Shown: positions 1 through 13,629, counted from the stretch's first letter. The stretch is DNA of 64,000 nucleotides from Octopus sinensis (GCF_006345805.1 NC_042997.1:180110001-180174000); one strand, 5' to 3'. Notes: generated from the letters alone by a model not told the origin. Numbers and translations: made by a program.

Positions 1-864
1 ATCATGCTGCAGATCTGACGTCAAACCTTTATTAAAGATCTCTAAGCGAATGTACTTTATTTTATATGTTATTTTAACCTTCTTACATGACATTCACGTA
101 AGAACGCACGAAGAGATTGCTTTTCTTTTTTACCATGCTAAAGTAGGCGGAAGAGAGAAAAACACACACATAAACACATGCATATATAGGTACACACACA
201 CACGCCCCCATATATGTATACATGCGTTCATAAATATATATATAAGTATATAAATATATGTGTTCATAAATATATATATAAGTATATAAATATATGTATA
301 TATATATGTATATATATATATATATATATTATACGCATTTTTTTGGAGGCACTTCAATTAAGTTTATACTGATTTCAGATTCATTGACAACGCGCATACA
401 ACAAAAGCGTCGTGCATGTAAGAAGAAAATAATAAAGTATATATTCTTACGTTGGCACAAGATCACAGATATCTTCGTAGGGGCTTAGATCGTGCTGTAT
501 ATAGAAATTTTCGATTCGTTCTTAAGCATCGTCACTAAAATATTCATAACAGGCAAAAAGGACAATCTTATTTGAGAACTTGTATATTGTTCGGTAATAG
601 TAAAAAAAATAATTATTTCGAAACAAATTGTATTGATTGATATAACATTTCTGTGTTATAGTTGGTGTTGATTGATGGTTTCGTTGTCATTGATGTTTAC
701 TGCTAGACTTGTCTGCTACTTCCAAATAAGAAGGCTTTATCGTGAGGTATTCAAGTTTTCCTTTCTATGTTCACACACACATGCACACAACGCATATACA
801 TGCATGTGTAAGCACACACAGATATATATATATATATATATGCATGTGTAAACATATATATATA

Positions 865-898
<34 letters not shown>

Positions 899-925
899 TC
901 ATTCTCTCTCTCTATATATATATAC

Positions 926-956
<31 letters not shown>

Positions 957-1010
957 TGCATGTATTTATACACATATGTGTGTGTCTGTGTGTGGTGTGT
1001 GTGTATGCAT

Positions 1011-1166
1011 GTAGGTGCAGGGTAAAAAGTTTCCTTCCTAGCTACATGGTTCTGAGTTCAGTCCCACTGCGTAGCACCTTCAGCAAGTTTCTTATTATGT
1101 AGCCTCGGGTCCAGCAAGGACTAGTGAGTGGGGTTAGTAAAAGGAAACTGAAAGAAGCTCATCGTA
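1011..1166 (+). mobile_element. SINE family C (tRNA-headed, GCAGGAGTGGCTGTGTGG-type), degenerate 5' part
   Basis: GGTTCTGAGTTCAGTCCCACTGCGTAGCACCTT...GGAAACTGAAAGAAGC matches the reverse complement of the copy at 19808-20223. Confidence 0.8.
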
Positions 1167-1175
1167 TATATATAT

Positions 1176-1208
<33 letters not shown>

Positions 1209-1247
1209 ATATATATATATATATATGTGTGTGTATGTGTATCTCTC

Positions 1248-1312
<65 letters not shown>

Positions 1313-1469
1313 GCATATATTTGTCTTCATAACGACAGATATATCGAATATACATATTCCTTGCTCACTTATAGCTGTGAAAAAATAAACTTTTAAAAGA
1401 TCTAACTGCTCTCTTCAAAACTTGTTCATTCAATTTGAAAAGTTGCATTATTTATGGATGGCCTAACAA

Positions 1470-1547
<78 letters not shown>

Positions 1548-1555
1548 ATATATAT

Positions 1556-2400
1556 TAGATAAAAAGAGATAACAAGGCCAAGGTAGTGAGTGGTTCTCAG
1601 GATATTTATAAGGCAAGAGATATAGACATAGTCTTAGAGCTGTTTCTTGGATATTATGCATATCCCTTCATCAGAGTTGATGTGAGATGGTTAAATAGGG
1701 GTAACTGTTTGAGTTCCAAATAAGGAAGTATTGTGAAAAGGAGGAGATACGGAATATAGAGGGAAATAAGTCGAAATAAAATATAAAAGATTGTAGTTTC
1801 ACTTCCATTATTCGAGTATTATGATGAATAGAAGTGGTAAAAAAGTTTCCTGTACATGCTATGTAAGTTCCTACAGTAGTTCATGTTTTGTCATTTCAAA
1901 GTATGGAGACGTGGATTCTGTATTGCTCATGCAAAGGGGTTTTGAGGTGTGAATGAAAATTTGAGAATGTATTGGTAGTATTTGTGGATAGAGGAGCGAG
2001 AGATATGTATGATTAGAACGAGGACATAGGTCAAAATGAAGACAGGCAGAGAAAATGAGAGGAAGAAAGAGGGAAAAAGAAAAAGGAACAATTAAAATAC
2101 TAATAAGAAAGTGAAAAGAAAAGAGAGAGAAATAGTGAAAAGAGTGAAAAAAGAAGTGAAGAAAGGGTGAAAGAAATGGGAAAAGGAGTGTAGTTGGTGG
2201 TCAAAATAATGTGAGCAGAAGATGGGAGAGAATTAGGGAAGGGGTGGATAGGAAGAGTTGAGAAGGTAGGGTGTGAATAAGTGTGAGATATGTGAGGAGG
2301 GCTGATATGATAGGGCTATATTAAGAGATGGGTAGAGAGAAGGTAAAGGTGGGGGTGACACGAAAGTAACTAATAATTTTAATAGCGTAATTTAAAGTTG
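1556..2400 (-). mobile_element. Penelope-like element 3' UTR/tail remnant with hammerhead-like motif
   Basis: Inverted, diverged counterpart of 2415-2930; minus strand carries CTGATGA-A-GGGATAT-GCATA-ATATCCA-A-GAAAC-AGCT-CTA (1634-1677); the 3' end lies next to a (TA)/(TG) tract. Confidence 0.65.
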
Positions 2401-2414
2401 GAGGAAAGAATAGA

Positions 2415-2930
2415 CAGATGTCTCTTCCTCTCGTTTTCTCATCCTGTCGTCATTTTAACCTATCTATTCCTTCTAATTACATACATTTCCCCGCCTCATC
2501 TACCCACAAATACTGGCAATACATTCTCAAATTTTCGTTCACACCTCAAACCTCCTTCGAACGAGGAACACAGAATCCTCGGCCCCACACTTTGGAATGA
2601 CTAAACATGAACTACCATTGGAACTTACCATGTACAGGAAACTTTTTTACCACTTCTATACGCCACATTACTCGAGTAATAGAATTGCAACTACAATGTT
2701 TTATATTTTTCTACATATTCCCCTCTATAGTTCCTATATCCTCCATTTCCACTATACTTCCTTATTTCGAACTCAAACATTTACCTCTAGTTAAACATCT
2801 CACATCGTCTCTGATGAAAGGATATGCATGATATCCCAGGAACAGCTGTAAGGCTGTATCCATATCTTTTTCCTTATAAATGTCCTAAGAACTCCTCACA
2901 AGCTTGGCTTTGTTATCTCTGTTTTTCATG
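2415..2930 (+). mobile_element. Penelope-like element 3' UTR/tail remnant with hammerhead-like motif
   Basis: GTCT-CTGATGA-A-AGGATAT-GCATG-ATATCCC-A-GGAAC-AGCT-GTA-AGGC at 2807-2854; followed by (TA)n; same family as 1556-2400 and 18330-18570. Confidence 0.65.
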
Positions 2931-3161
2931 TAATATATATATATATATAGTCAAAAATTGTGAAGCATGACTGTCAACACTACTACATGAACCCGAAGAT
3001 TGCAGAATTCAATGCATGAAAGTACTAGTTCAATCAGAATGAATATTTAACATTCTACTATTTCATTTTATTTTATTCAATTATAATATATTATCTTATA
3101 ATATATCATTATAAGATTGTAAATAAAACGTGAAAATCAGACAAGGTTGGAATTCTTTTAT

Positions 3162-3200
<39 letters not shown>

Positions 3201-3367
3201 GTGTGTGTGTGTGTGTGTGTGGATGGTAATACAAGACCCACATTAAACTCCTTACTCGTATCACAATTGAAAAAATAGTTTAACTACGGTCGTCCATAGC
3301 ACTTACTTAGCGTTACCTGCCACTGTTTGGGTCTTCTATATATTAATACCTGTTATACATGTGTATG

Positions 3368-3436
<69 letters not shown>

Positions 3437-4103
3437 GTGCGTATGTGTATGTGTATAAGATAGGTTAACGTTCTGGAGTTTAATTGGTAAGAGAATGCCC
3501 TTTGTTATTTTTATTCTACATATGTGTGCATGTATATGTTTAAGCAAATGTGAGTAAGTAAATGTGTGCGAGAAATTGTTGGAGGCCTTCTTAGAGTGAC
3601 ATAAAATAAGAAGATAAAAAGAAGAAACAGGCAGAAAAATTCGTGAAGGCAAAAAGGAAAGCGAAGAGAAACAAAAGAGAATAAAAACTGAAAGGAAGAG
3701 AAAAAAATGGGCGAAACAAAGAAATTGGCGTTTTTCTGAAATGGTTTGAAGTATTCTACTTTTATGGTCATTTGTCATGCTACCCAGCTGTAAAAGAGGA
3801 CTTTTTTCTTGAATGGTTGATGCTGATGACAACTCAATACGTCAACTTTCCTTTTGTCGTTGTATTCTCGGTTGTCATGTTATCCAGCGGTAGAAAATAT
3901 ATTCTAATCAAAATTGCTTTAGAAGATTATTAAATGTGTGTTTGTGTGTTTGTGCGTGTGTGTGTGTACGTATGTTACTTGAGAAACATTAATGAGAACA
4001 TTTTAATAACGATTTCTTGTGTTCATATGTATACATACGAACAGATACAGACAGAGAGAGAGAGAGAGAGAGAGAAAGAGAGGGAGAGAAAGAGAGAGAG
4101 AGG

Positions 4104-4138
<35 letters not shown>

Positions 4139-4139
4139 C

Positions 4140-4600
4140 GCTTATTTTAGGTAAGAGTTTTTTACATTGCATTCTAATATTTTGTGTCATACTTCTGACA
4201 TATGTAGAAGGGAAATATCTTGAAACTGCTGTCTCCACTTATTTCTATATACTTACTCAGCAGACCCTTGCAAAATCATTCTTATCTGATATGTTGTCTG
4301 TGAATTCTTGCACGTTGGCAGAGTAAATTTTGCCTTGACTAATATATTTTATCTTGCAGATGATGTAGTCTATGCAGTATATGAGATTATCTAGGTTGCA
4401 GTTCATATCTGCATTGACTTGGCAGGAGAATACCTTTGTAAGTTTCTATGGGAACCAGTATCCAGTTGTTATTGTTGACGTTGTTGTAACATTTTCCACA
4501 TCTGTTATTTCGTTACTCCTTCAACAAGAATTGTGAATTATCGTCTGAAGGGAAATATGTCCTCCTGAGAAGTTTTAAGTACCCTTTGGCTGAAGTTTAC
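4140..4600 (-). mobile_element. Degenerate Penelope-like GIY-YIG endonuclease remnant
   Basis: Manual minus-strand translation gives VNADMNCNLDNLIYCIDYIICKIKIY*SRQNLLCQRARIHRQHIR...FKIFPFY, which parallels the GIY-YIG segment at 34817-35227 (NFTCASENLIYTLTCSGCQEQYIGQT...LHRSQIK). Confidence 0.55.
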
Positions 4601-4642
4601 GATTTCGTAACAGATTGTTATCAATATTGGTCACTCCTGTAA

Positions 4643-5099
4643 GGCGGCGTGCCGGCAGAAACGCTAGCACGCCGAGCGAAATGCTAAGCGGTATTTCGTC
4701 TGCCGCTACGTTCTGAGTTCAGATTCCGCCGAGGTCGACTTTGTCTTTCCTCCTTTCGGGATCGATAAATTAAGTACCAGTTACGCACTGGGGTTGACGT
4801 AATCGACTTAATCCGTGTGTCTGTCCTTGTTTGTCCGTTCTGTGTTTAGCTCCTTGTGGGTTGTAAAGAAATAGGTATTTCGTCTGCCGCTACGTTCTGA
4901 GTTCAAATTCCGCCAAGGTCGACTTTGCCTTTCATCCTTTCGGGGCCTATTAAATAAGTACCAATTACGCACTGGGATCGATATGTTCGATTTGATACGT
5001 TTGTCTGTCCTTAGTTGTCCCCTCTGTGTTTAGCCCTTTGTGGGTAGTAAAGATATACGTATTTCATCTGTCTTTACGTGCTGAAGTTCAAATTCAGAG
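4643..5099 (+). mobile_element. SINE family B (GGCGGCGAGCTGGCAGAA head) as a tandem multimer, about 2.3 units, 184-bp period
   Basis: B-box GAGTTCAAATTCC; conserved body GTCGACTTTGCCTTTCATCCTTTCGG...TAAGTACCA; GTATTTC restarts at 4691, 4875 and 5059. Confidence 0.85.
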
Positions 5100-7130
5100 A
5101 GGCTCACAAAGATCTGGGCCATAATCGTCACACATAGAAGAGTAAGCCGAACGATCATCTCCAATGCTGTAAATATTTTACAGGGAATATTGTCTTGAAT
5201 TTTGTTCACTATGGTGTTAAACCTATTATCATTGCTGCTACTAAAATCAATGCTTGTGTCTGCAACTGCTAGTGATATTAATGTAACCCATAATTTCTTT
5301 TTGGATGTCCTCAAGATATATGCTAAAATGTTAGCAATGCAAGACAAAAAAACAGATGGTATTAATAAAAATTGCAGCTTACATAGGAATGGAATTTAGC
5401 CAGAATATATGTTCGTATTTGTTTTGCGACGGAAAGAATCAGCTTCCAAACCCATCACTTATGCATTAATACTCTCACTATCTCTCCTGTATGAAAACAT
5501 ATCATACCAAGGTGTTGTGAATAAAGATAAACTGACTCGGGACTATTCTACCAGACTTAAGAAAATATTATAGTCGGAACACTCTTCTTACAAGACCATG
5601 CATTTGAAGTGCCAGTGCTGATTCCAACATAAGGGGTACTTGACTGGTCTGTAGAAGAAATTCACTCCATAGATATTAAAACCCGTAAGGTTCAACATCA
5701 AGTGGAAATCTCCACAGAAATAGTGATATCACCAGGTTCTACACAAGAAGTGATAAAGGGGATGCAGATAGCCTCCGAATTTTGCGTAGTCTCTCTCTTA
5801 GACATCATATGCTAAATAACAGCAGTGGGAAGCACTCCGTCGGTTACGACGATGAGGGTTCCGGTTGATCCGACCAACGGAACAGCCTGCTCGTGAAATT
5901 AACGTGTAAGTGGCTGAGCACTCCACAGAAACGTGTACCCTTAACGTAGTTCTCGGTGATATTCAGCGTGACACAGATAGTGACAAGGCCGGCCCTTTGA
6001 AATACAGGTACAACAGAAACAGGAAGAAAGAGTGAGAGAAAGTTGTGGTGAAAGAGTGCAGCAGGGATCACCACCATCCTCTGCCGGAGCCTCTCACAAC
6101 GCCCGGTCTGGGAATCGAAACCGCGATCCTACGACCGCGAATCCGCTGCCCTAACCACTGGGCCATTGCGCCTCCACAAATAACAGCAGTAAAAATATAT
6201 ACATTAACTTAGTACTCAAAAGTGAAGAAAACAATATCCTACGTTTCGGAAGCGAGCGTCTCAGGAAACGCTCTCTTTCTGATGACCTCCCATTCACTCC
6301 CAACTCAGCCGGACTAGCATACCTCAAAGAAGACCTGAAGGTAAAGCGCTCAGCCCACCAACATGGACCATGTATGGGCATGTTTCCCGAAGACTTGAAG
6401 AAGAGCGTAACATTGACATGACCGCTACATCTCATCACACTTCGGAGGTAATGCATTTGTAATCCAAGTACATGAGATTGATACTAAATACCTAACAAAC
6501 AAAAGAGACAGCGAAGCCCTTGCAATTCCAACAAGCAACCGAAATGTAGATTAAGTCATTTTTCTGTGGAAAATACCACGCGTACGGTTAGCAGCTGCCC
6601 CAAAATGTCATGCGGTTAGTACTTCTCTATGCGACACAACGTTGTCGCCAAAAATATATGCGAGCACAATGTCCAGGAATAAATAAAGAGAATCACCCTA
6701 TTATTGAATACGTATACAAATATCAGGATAAAGAATACTGGTGGAACATTGCCATCAAAATATCTGTCAGGTTTAAGCATAGCAGGCCGGTTATTTTTGG
6801 AGACAGAGAAGAAAAAAGATGCATCGCCATAGAAATCAGGTGTTCTACTAATGTGAGTGTCTCTTTGAAAATCAAAGACACAAGATGTAACTATAAACAA
6901 CTGCTCCGAAACCTCCAGCTTCTACATCCGGATTACAAATTTGCATTTATACGAATAATAATTAGTGCACTTGATTTTGTAAGTAAATGCACAACTTTCA
7001 GTCCTGATAAGCTTGGATTTTCAGGAAAAGAAATCAACTAACTGACTCATACTTAAATATAATCTGTAAGTTGGAACACTAAAAGTATGCAAGACTTGTT
7101 TCAGCTTTAACATGTGACATTATTTTCGTT
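5100..7130 (+). mobile_element. R4/Dong-clade non-LTR retrotransposon remnant (RT + REL endonuclease), interrupted by a SINE
   Basis: Degenerate motifs in the expected order: NILQGILS..LFTMVLNLLS..THNFFLDVLKIYA (RT); LDWSVEEIHSIDIKTRKV; FVIQVHEIDTKYL; EYWWNIAIK...YKQLLRNLQLLHPDYKFAFIRIIISALDFV (REL domain, ORF 6610-7041). Confidence 0.7.
5827..6177 (-). mobile_element. SINE family A (tRNA-Arg-like head GTGGAGGCGCAATGGCCCAGTGGTTAGG), tail type i, with 13-bp TSD
   Basis: A-box and B-box-like GGTTTCGATTCCC; TSD AAATAACAGCAGT at 5814-5826 and 6178-6190. Confidence 0.9.
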
Positions 7131-7222
7131 ACCTGCATTCGAATGATGGAGCGTTGTGTTATTGTTAGAAACTAGCTCCTTCTTCAAAGGAAGAATTAAA
7201 ATAATAAAAAACAAAAAAAAAA

Positions 7223-8225
7223 CCTACATACATGGTGGTCGACTATTCCTTATGAAGAGTTTGACCATCTCCTGTACCTACACCTTAGAACCATCGTAGC
7301 ATCTGATATGGCTTTTTAAACCAGACCATACTTTGAAAGGACACCCACATAGATTGCATATCCGATTTGGATCACCAAGAGCTGAAGATAAGTGGCCTCC
7401 GTTAGATTTGCTAACATTCTGGCATACATTGCATTGAAAGGTGTGCACAGACATATAGGCAGAGGTTCGTTTTCCATGAGTTCAAAAATGAGATTTGATC
7501 CCAGAAAAGAAAGGTATGGTCTGTCACAAACTGTGCACACAAAACGATCATTGTGATTCCCCTTCTCAATTCCTTATATCTCTCTTGAATCTTGTATGTG
7601 TTATCCTAGCCTCTTCGAATGATTCGCCATCCAGCTGAATCAGTAGCAAGGGTTTCTATGTCCTCTGGATTCATACCAAGTGACTTTATTGTAGTCTTTA
7701 TGCTGCCTTTGAACCTTTTTTATATTAACGTCAATAGCGCTTCCCCTCTGCAAGCTCACAATAAAACAGTTGTTTGAGCGTGCGTTCATCCGTCACTCGA
7801 ACTCTATGGCCACACTATCTCATTTGGTTTCTCAAAATAATTGCTTTAATTGAGGTGATGCCTGCAGATGCAAGAACAGCTGTGTTTAGAGTAAAAGAAA
7901 TCCATCTAGTGTTTAAAGTGCGATGAAGGCATTTTTGGTGAAATTGTTCTAACAATTTAAAATGTCTTTTATAACATGTTCATGTTTCACAAGACTACAA
8001 AAGAGATGGTAAGACAAATGATTTATAGAAAGCCAACTTTGTATTGTTATTTATATGTCGCTGGCACTAAACATGTGACCCCAACCCACCAAATGCTTGT
8101 TCTGTTGTTTGAATTCGCAGATGTAATTCTGTATCCCGATTTCCATCATTGTGTACAGAGCTTCCAAGTTAGATGAACGAATCAACAACCTCAAGTAACT
8201 TACCGTTAACAAAATATTTATTGGG
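7223..8225 (-). mobile_element. RTE-clade LINE, 3' fragment (RT C-terminus, zinc-finger-like tail, 3' UTR)
   Basis: Minus translation NGKLLEVVDSFI*LGS...TKLAFYKSFVLPSLL*SCETW...FHQKCL...CGHRVRVTDERTLKQLFYCELAEGKR, typical of RTE; FVCTVCDRP motif; 3' UTR matches 32840-32925. Confidence 0.8.
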
Positions 8226-10453
8226 GTTACAAACAGCACCACTAGCTCCGTTTTCAAAGGAGGAATTAAAATAATTAAAACCAAAAAAGAACGTATATAC
8301 ATACATGCATCCATCCATCCATCCATCCATACATCCATACTTACATACATGCGTATATTTATAAGTTTCTTTGTCCTGGATAGAACAATCAACTTCTGTT
8401 GTGCCAGATTTTATTGTTCTAAGACTACGTAATAGTTAATTTGAGAATCATATATCTTTAGATAATGTATTTTTATATGTTCAAACTTACTTTTAATTCC
8501 AGGATCGTTGTTTTTGAACGAGGTGTATTGGTTAATGTTATCTGGGTATTTTGCATGAATGATAATTGATTTTGAAAGTTTGATCTTATTTACGCCATTT
8601 TTCAGTGCCCTCATTTCAAAGGTATCGAATAATATTTACTAGACTATATGAAACTAGAACGTGAGTGGTTACGCAGTTTTTTTACCTTTGCTTTCTATTA
8701 TGATTTATGGAGCGATTCAGCTAATGTGATCTATTATCGAACTTATATTCTATATTTTGAATATATGTACGTGATAGTCTTAGTTAAAAGACTTATTTTA
8801 TATTATTGCGTATAATACCATACACCTTATAAATTCCAAAATGTATTTAGTATTATCTGTTTGACAGCGCTAATTTTTTCTTCAAGATGTTCACACTAGG
8901 TCGAGGTTAGAAAAACATTATTTCTCTATTGTGAAAATAAAGATAGAGAAAAAGTGTGTCAAACATTTTTAATATAACGAGAAATTGCATAGAAATCAAC
9001 TTTAGAAGCACAATGTATAGGCGTATTTTGAAACACCTATATACACAACGAAAAAGAAAGAAAATAAGACAGCATTAATAGAAAGATGCTAAATAACATC
9101 TCAAATGGCCACCAAATACAATTGATAAATCTAATGCAGTATACAACATCATACATTAGCAGAAAAAAGGAAAAAAAACGTATATTAACTTCCTTTATAC
9201 AGAATTCTAAAAGACGGAACAATTTGAGGAATACTTTTGTAATATAAACATTAGCAATAGCGACATCGCAGCTAATAACAGCGAAAACCATAAAACTATC
9301 TATTTAAATAGAAGTTTGCAAAATGCATTGCCAGGGTCACTACCTATTGTCTGTCGGCTGTTGCAGATAAATATCCTTTCACTGTTACAGTAAAATAACT
9401 TCTGTGTAAATCTACAGATTACGAATGTATTGATAGCGTGTGTTGTCGCTGACTAATTCTGAACGTTACTTATCTCTAAGTATTTTACACGTCTTTCACG
9501 TACACACACATACACATGTACGCACACATGTACACACAACGTACACTCAAACATGTTATTGACCAGAGACTACTTTATTTTGCCTATTTTCTCTCTAACG
9601 TCTTTGTGCTATGTTTGTGTGTTTTAACTGTGTTATATTCGCTTTTAATGCAGACTTACATTAACCGAGGAGCTTTTATAGAGAGAACACTTACAACTTG
9701 TGTCTGTATTCAGTTTTCACTGAAAGTTCTATACGCCAGACAGCTATACATATAGACACCTATTTTCATTTCTACTTGGTAGGGAATTTGTTATTGATTT
9801 ACACACACCTCTCTTCATATATTTTAAATGATTTTAGTAGAGAAACCTTTCGTAAAAGCACACCAGAGCGCTATATATCTAACTTAAGTTGCTTTAGTAT
9901 ATCATTTTACTTTGATACATGCCATAACACTCAGGAGAATGGTAATGTGCCATTGTGAGGGTTTATGCCTTAGCAAAGGTCTGTCTATAGTTTGAATTAA
10001 AAGGCTCAGACTAGAATACTCTTTCATACAAAAAATTCCAAAATGTGTTGTTCTATAATGTTTTAAGGAATCCTGTACACAACCACTATATTACAATGAA
10101 ATTCTGTCATTGTCATAGAGTAATGACACATCGGATCATGTATTATAACATATATTGAACCTGAAATTAACATAAAATAGAATGGTCATATCTTGACTGT
10201 TCCTCCTTGGCCTCAAGTTACACTTTGCATTAGGGCTAAATAGCTAAATAACGCTAAAACATTACAGACAACATTCGTGCTGTGTAGCTATTTGGCTCGT
10301 TCGCCAGTACGCTGTATATAGCAATTTGCGACGACACCCTTATATCTCTATGGGCTAAAACACCTAAAAATCTTAGGCGGGATAACTCGTCACCAATCCC
10401 ATTCGGAAGTGATGGATACCTATGTTTCGGCTTTTTTGGTTTATCAATATCAA

Positions 10454-10524
<71 letters not shown>

Positions 10525-10787
10525 ATCAATGTGATCACCATGACCGACCAGGCTATCAGATGTTGCTACACATCGCTGGTCACAGTGCGCTTCGCATTGT
10601 TTTAGCCTTCAAATAATGGCACCCCGCTCGCTAAGCAAGCAGATCAACAGACGAAAGAGTGAGAGAAAGTTGTGGCGAAAGAGTACAGCAGCGAACGCCA
10701 CCATCCCTTGCCGGTGGTGTTTTCGCTCAACAAACACTCAGAACGCGATCCTACAACCGCGAGTCCGCTGCCCTAACCACTGCGCCT

Positions 10788-10790
<3 letters not shown>
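10525..10790 (-). mobile_element. SINE family A, tail type ii, internally deleted
   Basis: Head CCCTAACCACTG..GCGCCTCC; body GAAAGAGTGAGAGAAAGTTGTGGCGAAAGAG; tail shared with 37846-37970. Confidence 0.85.
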
Positions 10791-10876
<86 letters not shown>

Positions 10877-11409
10877 ACGCAACTTCATCCTCATATACAC
10901 AGATGTATGCGTCCATACATATATCCGTTTAGGCATTTATACATATAAATATACGTTATTATATACGTACATATCCATATACTCACACAGGTACACATTC
11001 ACACAATTAAAGAAGAAAAAAATGAAATTTATATAAAGCAATAAAAAATGTTAAGACATATGGAAAGCTTGTGCAGGAACAGCGTAAAAATCCGGATTCT
11101 ATCCGTAATCATGCGAGGCCCAAAATCGTAACAGTGGATATGATCCAGAAATATCAGTTCTGCAATTCTAGCGGTGTCCAAAGGTCTTTTCCAGATGAGC
11201 TATCTTTCCACATCAGAAAAACCGCACTTGCCACTAACGTCGGTGTAATGTTTACACTTAACCAATATCTTCCAGTAAATCCTACAGCTGACACCCTGTT
11301 CTTTTAAGAACCATATATGGCTGGATAATTTGGTAGATTTTCGTTTATCCCAGTGTCTGAAGCATGGCCAGAGCCAGATGATTGAACATGTAAAAGAATA
11401 AAAGAATAA

Positions 11410-11499
<90 letters not shown>

Positions 11500-11500
<1 letters not shown>

Positions 11501-12250
11501 GACTTGGAGAATTTGTGCAACTTATGACTGGAAGAAACCATGGAGATCATCACACCCAGAGAAAACAATCAATATACACTCCGAAGTAATTATACAGTGT
11601 AAGCATAGCATACAAGCAAGGCATCATCCCTAGAATTCGAAAAGAACATTTTGAAACAGAAAAGCACTAATGATCATTAGCTTCTAATGGAACAACATAT
11701 GAACATATAAACTAATTAAAGAAAAAGCAAAACAAAACATTTTTTTCCTATGCTCTATCATTGTACCACCAGAAGTAATTAAGAAAAGCATTTCAGAGAA
11801 CATTATTTGTGAACTCAGACAATGAACTTCAACAACATGGTAGCTCTACTTCCTGATCCTAATACATCTGAATTCATTGAGGATGTGTCAGCTGTGACTA
11901 AGGTTAACCCAATGGATCATAATACCCGTTCTAACATCTGCATACTTAAATATGCAAAGAAGTCTAACATCATCACACACTCGTACCACTCCTTTATCAT
12001 TACCATTCCGTTATGCAACCACATACCGCAATCAACTTTTCCATTGGTGCAACTTGATAAACATACTTCAGTTACAGATTATTTCGTTCCAACGTTAATG
12101 ACATATCACCCGAGGAAATGAATACATGAAATACCCCATATCTATAGTTACTACGGACTGTATTGTATTAAGCCCAGGAATACTGACTATGATAGTAGGA
12201 AACATGGGATTTGTGGGAACGTAGCAGTGCATTAAAACATTTATAAATTC
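11500..12250 (+). mobile_element. Possible highly degenerate Penelope-like RT N-terminal remnant
   Basis: ORF 11822-12121 (LLPDPNTSE...TRSNICILKYAKKSNIIT) loosely resembles the PLE region L.D.NTY...SNFYGLPKIHKS.II; weak. Confidence 0.3.
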
Positions 12251-12276
12251 ATCCAATGATTTATTGTATGTGTATA

Positions 12277-12343
<67 letters not shown>

Positions 12344-12776
12344 AGACAAACGCACACACAGAGCCATACACATACAAACATACGCTCATACCCTCACACA
12401 TAAGCAGGCAGAAACAGATATATGTGCGAGTGTGCGTATGTGTATGTATGTTATTAATTGTACAGTATTATCAGTTTAGCTTCATAAATGCAGATTCATA
12501 ATGCCGAAGGCTTTCGTGTTTGAGAACATTCTAAGCGTAGAAAAGTAAATTAACAATCGACAGACAAGGCTAAGGAAAAGAATATAAACTGGTCTCGTTT
12601 TTACAGGTGGACTGAAAACATCGTATCCATTTTATCATTGTCACTTATAGTGTAAAACAAAAGGGGATCCAAACCCAGGTATTATAAAACAATTACCAAA
12701 GCTATTACAGTTTTACGCGCTGGCACACACACACGCACACACACATATTTATAAGTATACATAATTACATATATGC

Positions 12777-13110
<334 letters not shown>

Positions 13111-13152
13111 TCACAGACACACACACATATATATATATATATTATATATATA

Positions 13153-13196
<44 letters not shown>

Positions 13197-13199
<3 letters not shown>

Positions 13200-13629
13200 T
13201 GTGAAATAGAAAGATGAATAATCTTGTTGCAGATTAATCAAAAGTTTAACCGATACCTTGGTAGCAAAAATCACAGCAGAAGACAGCACGGTTGGAGGTA
13301 CAACCATATGGTGTGCAACCATGCGTTGGTGCGGATAATTGAATTTTAATATTATTAGTGAATTGAAGAAATGGAGTTGAACGAAGATTGAACAGAAATC
13401 GTTTTATTGCATTCTACACGTGTTTCGAAAGCCACAATTTACCAAATTCCGATTGAATAAGGAGACCATATTGTGTCTTTCTCTTCAGGAAGAAATAGGA
13501 AATCCGTTGGCAAAAACAAAAACAGAACAGAGGCGCAGCAAAACAAATCGAAACACGTGTAGAATGCAATAAAACGATTTCTGTTCAATCTTCGTTCAAC
13601 TCCATTTCTTCAATTCACTAATAATATTA
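13197..13629 (-). mobile_element. Penelope-like tail with intact minimal hammerhead and an inverted partial terminal copy (82-bp perfect inverted repeat)
   Basis: Arms 13347-13428 and 13548-13629 are exact reverse complements; minus strand TTC-CTGAAGA-G...C-GAAAC-ACGT-GTA-GAA; both ends abut (TA)n. Confidence 0.7.
13412..13491 (-). ncRNA. Minimal type I hammerhead ribozyme motif (intact core)
   Basis: CUGAAGA; stem II GAAAGACACAAU/AUUGUGGCUUUC (11 of 12 pairs); GAAAC; palindromic stem III ACACGUGU; GUA cleavage triplet; 3-bp stem I UUC/GAA. Confidence 0.7.

Noticed and set aside
4360-4437. Exon-like segment (TTGCAG...GTAAGT) on the plus strand
   Set aside because: Stops in all three frames; lies antisense within a PLE endonuclease remnant
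8411-8614. Minus-strand ORF with a GTAAGT donor at about 8490
   Set aside because: No acceptor compatible with the open frame; no recognisable protein
10408-10450. Minus-strand TTGATAA...GCCGAAAC-ATAG-GTA, a possible second U3-A8 hammerhead
   Set aside because: Stem II (ACC/GCC) and stem I do not pair and stem III is not palindromic; at best a decayed copy
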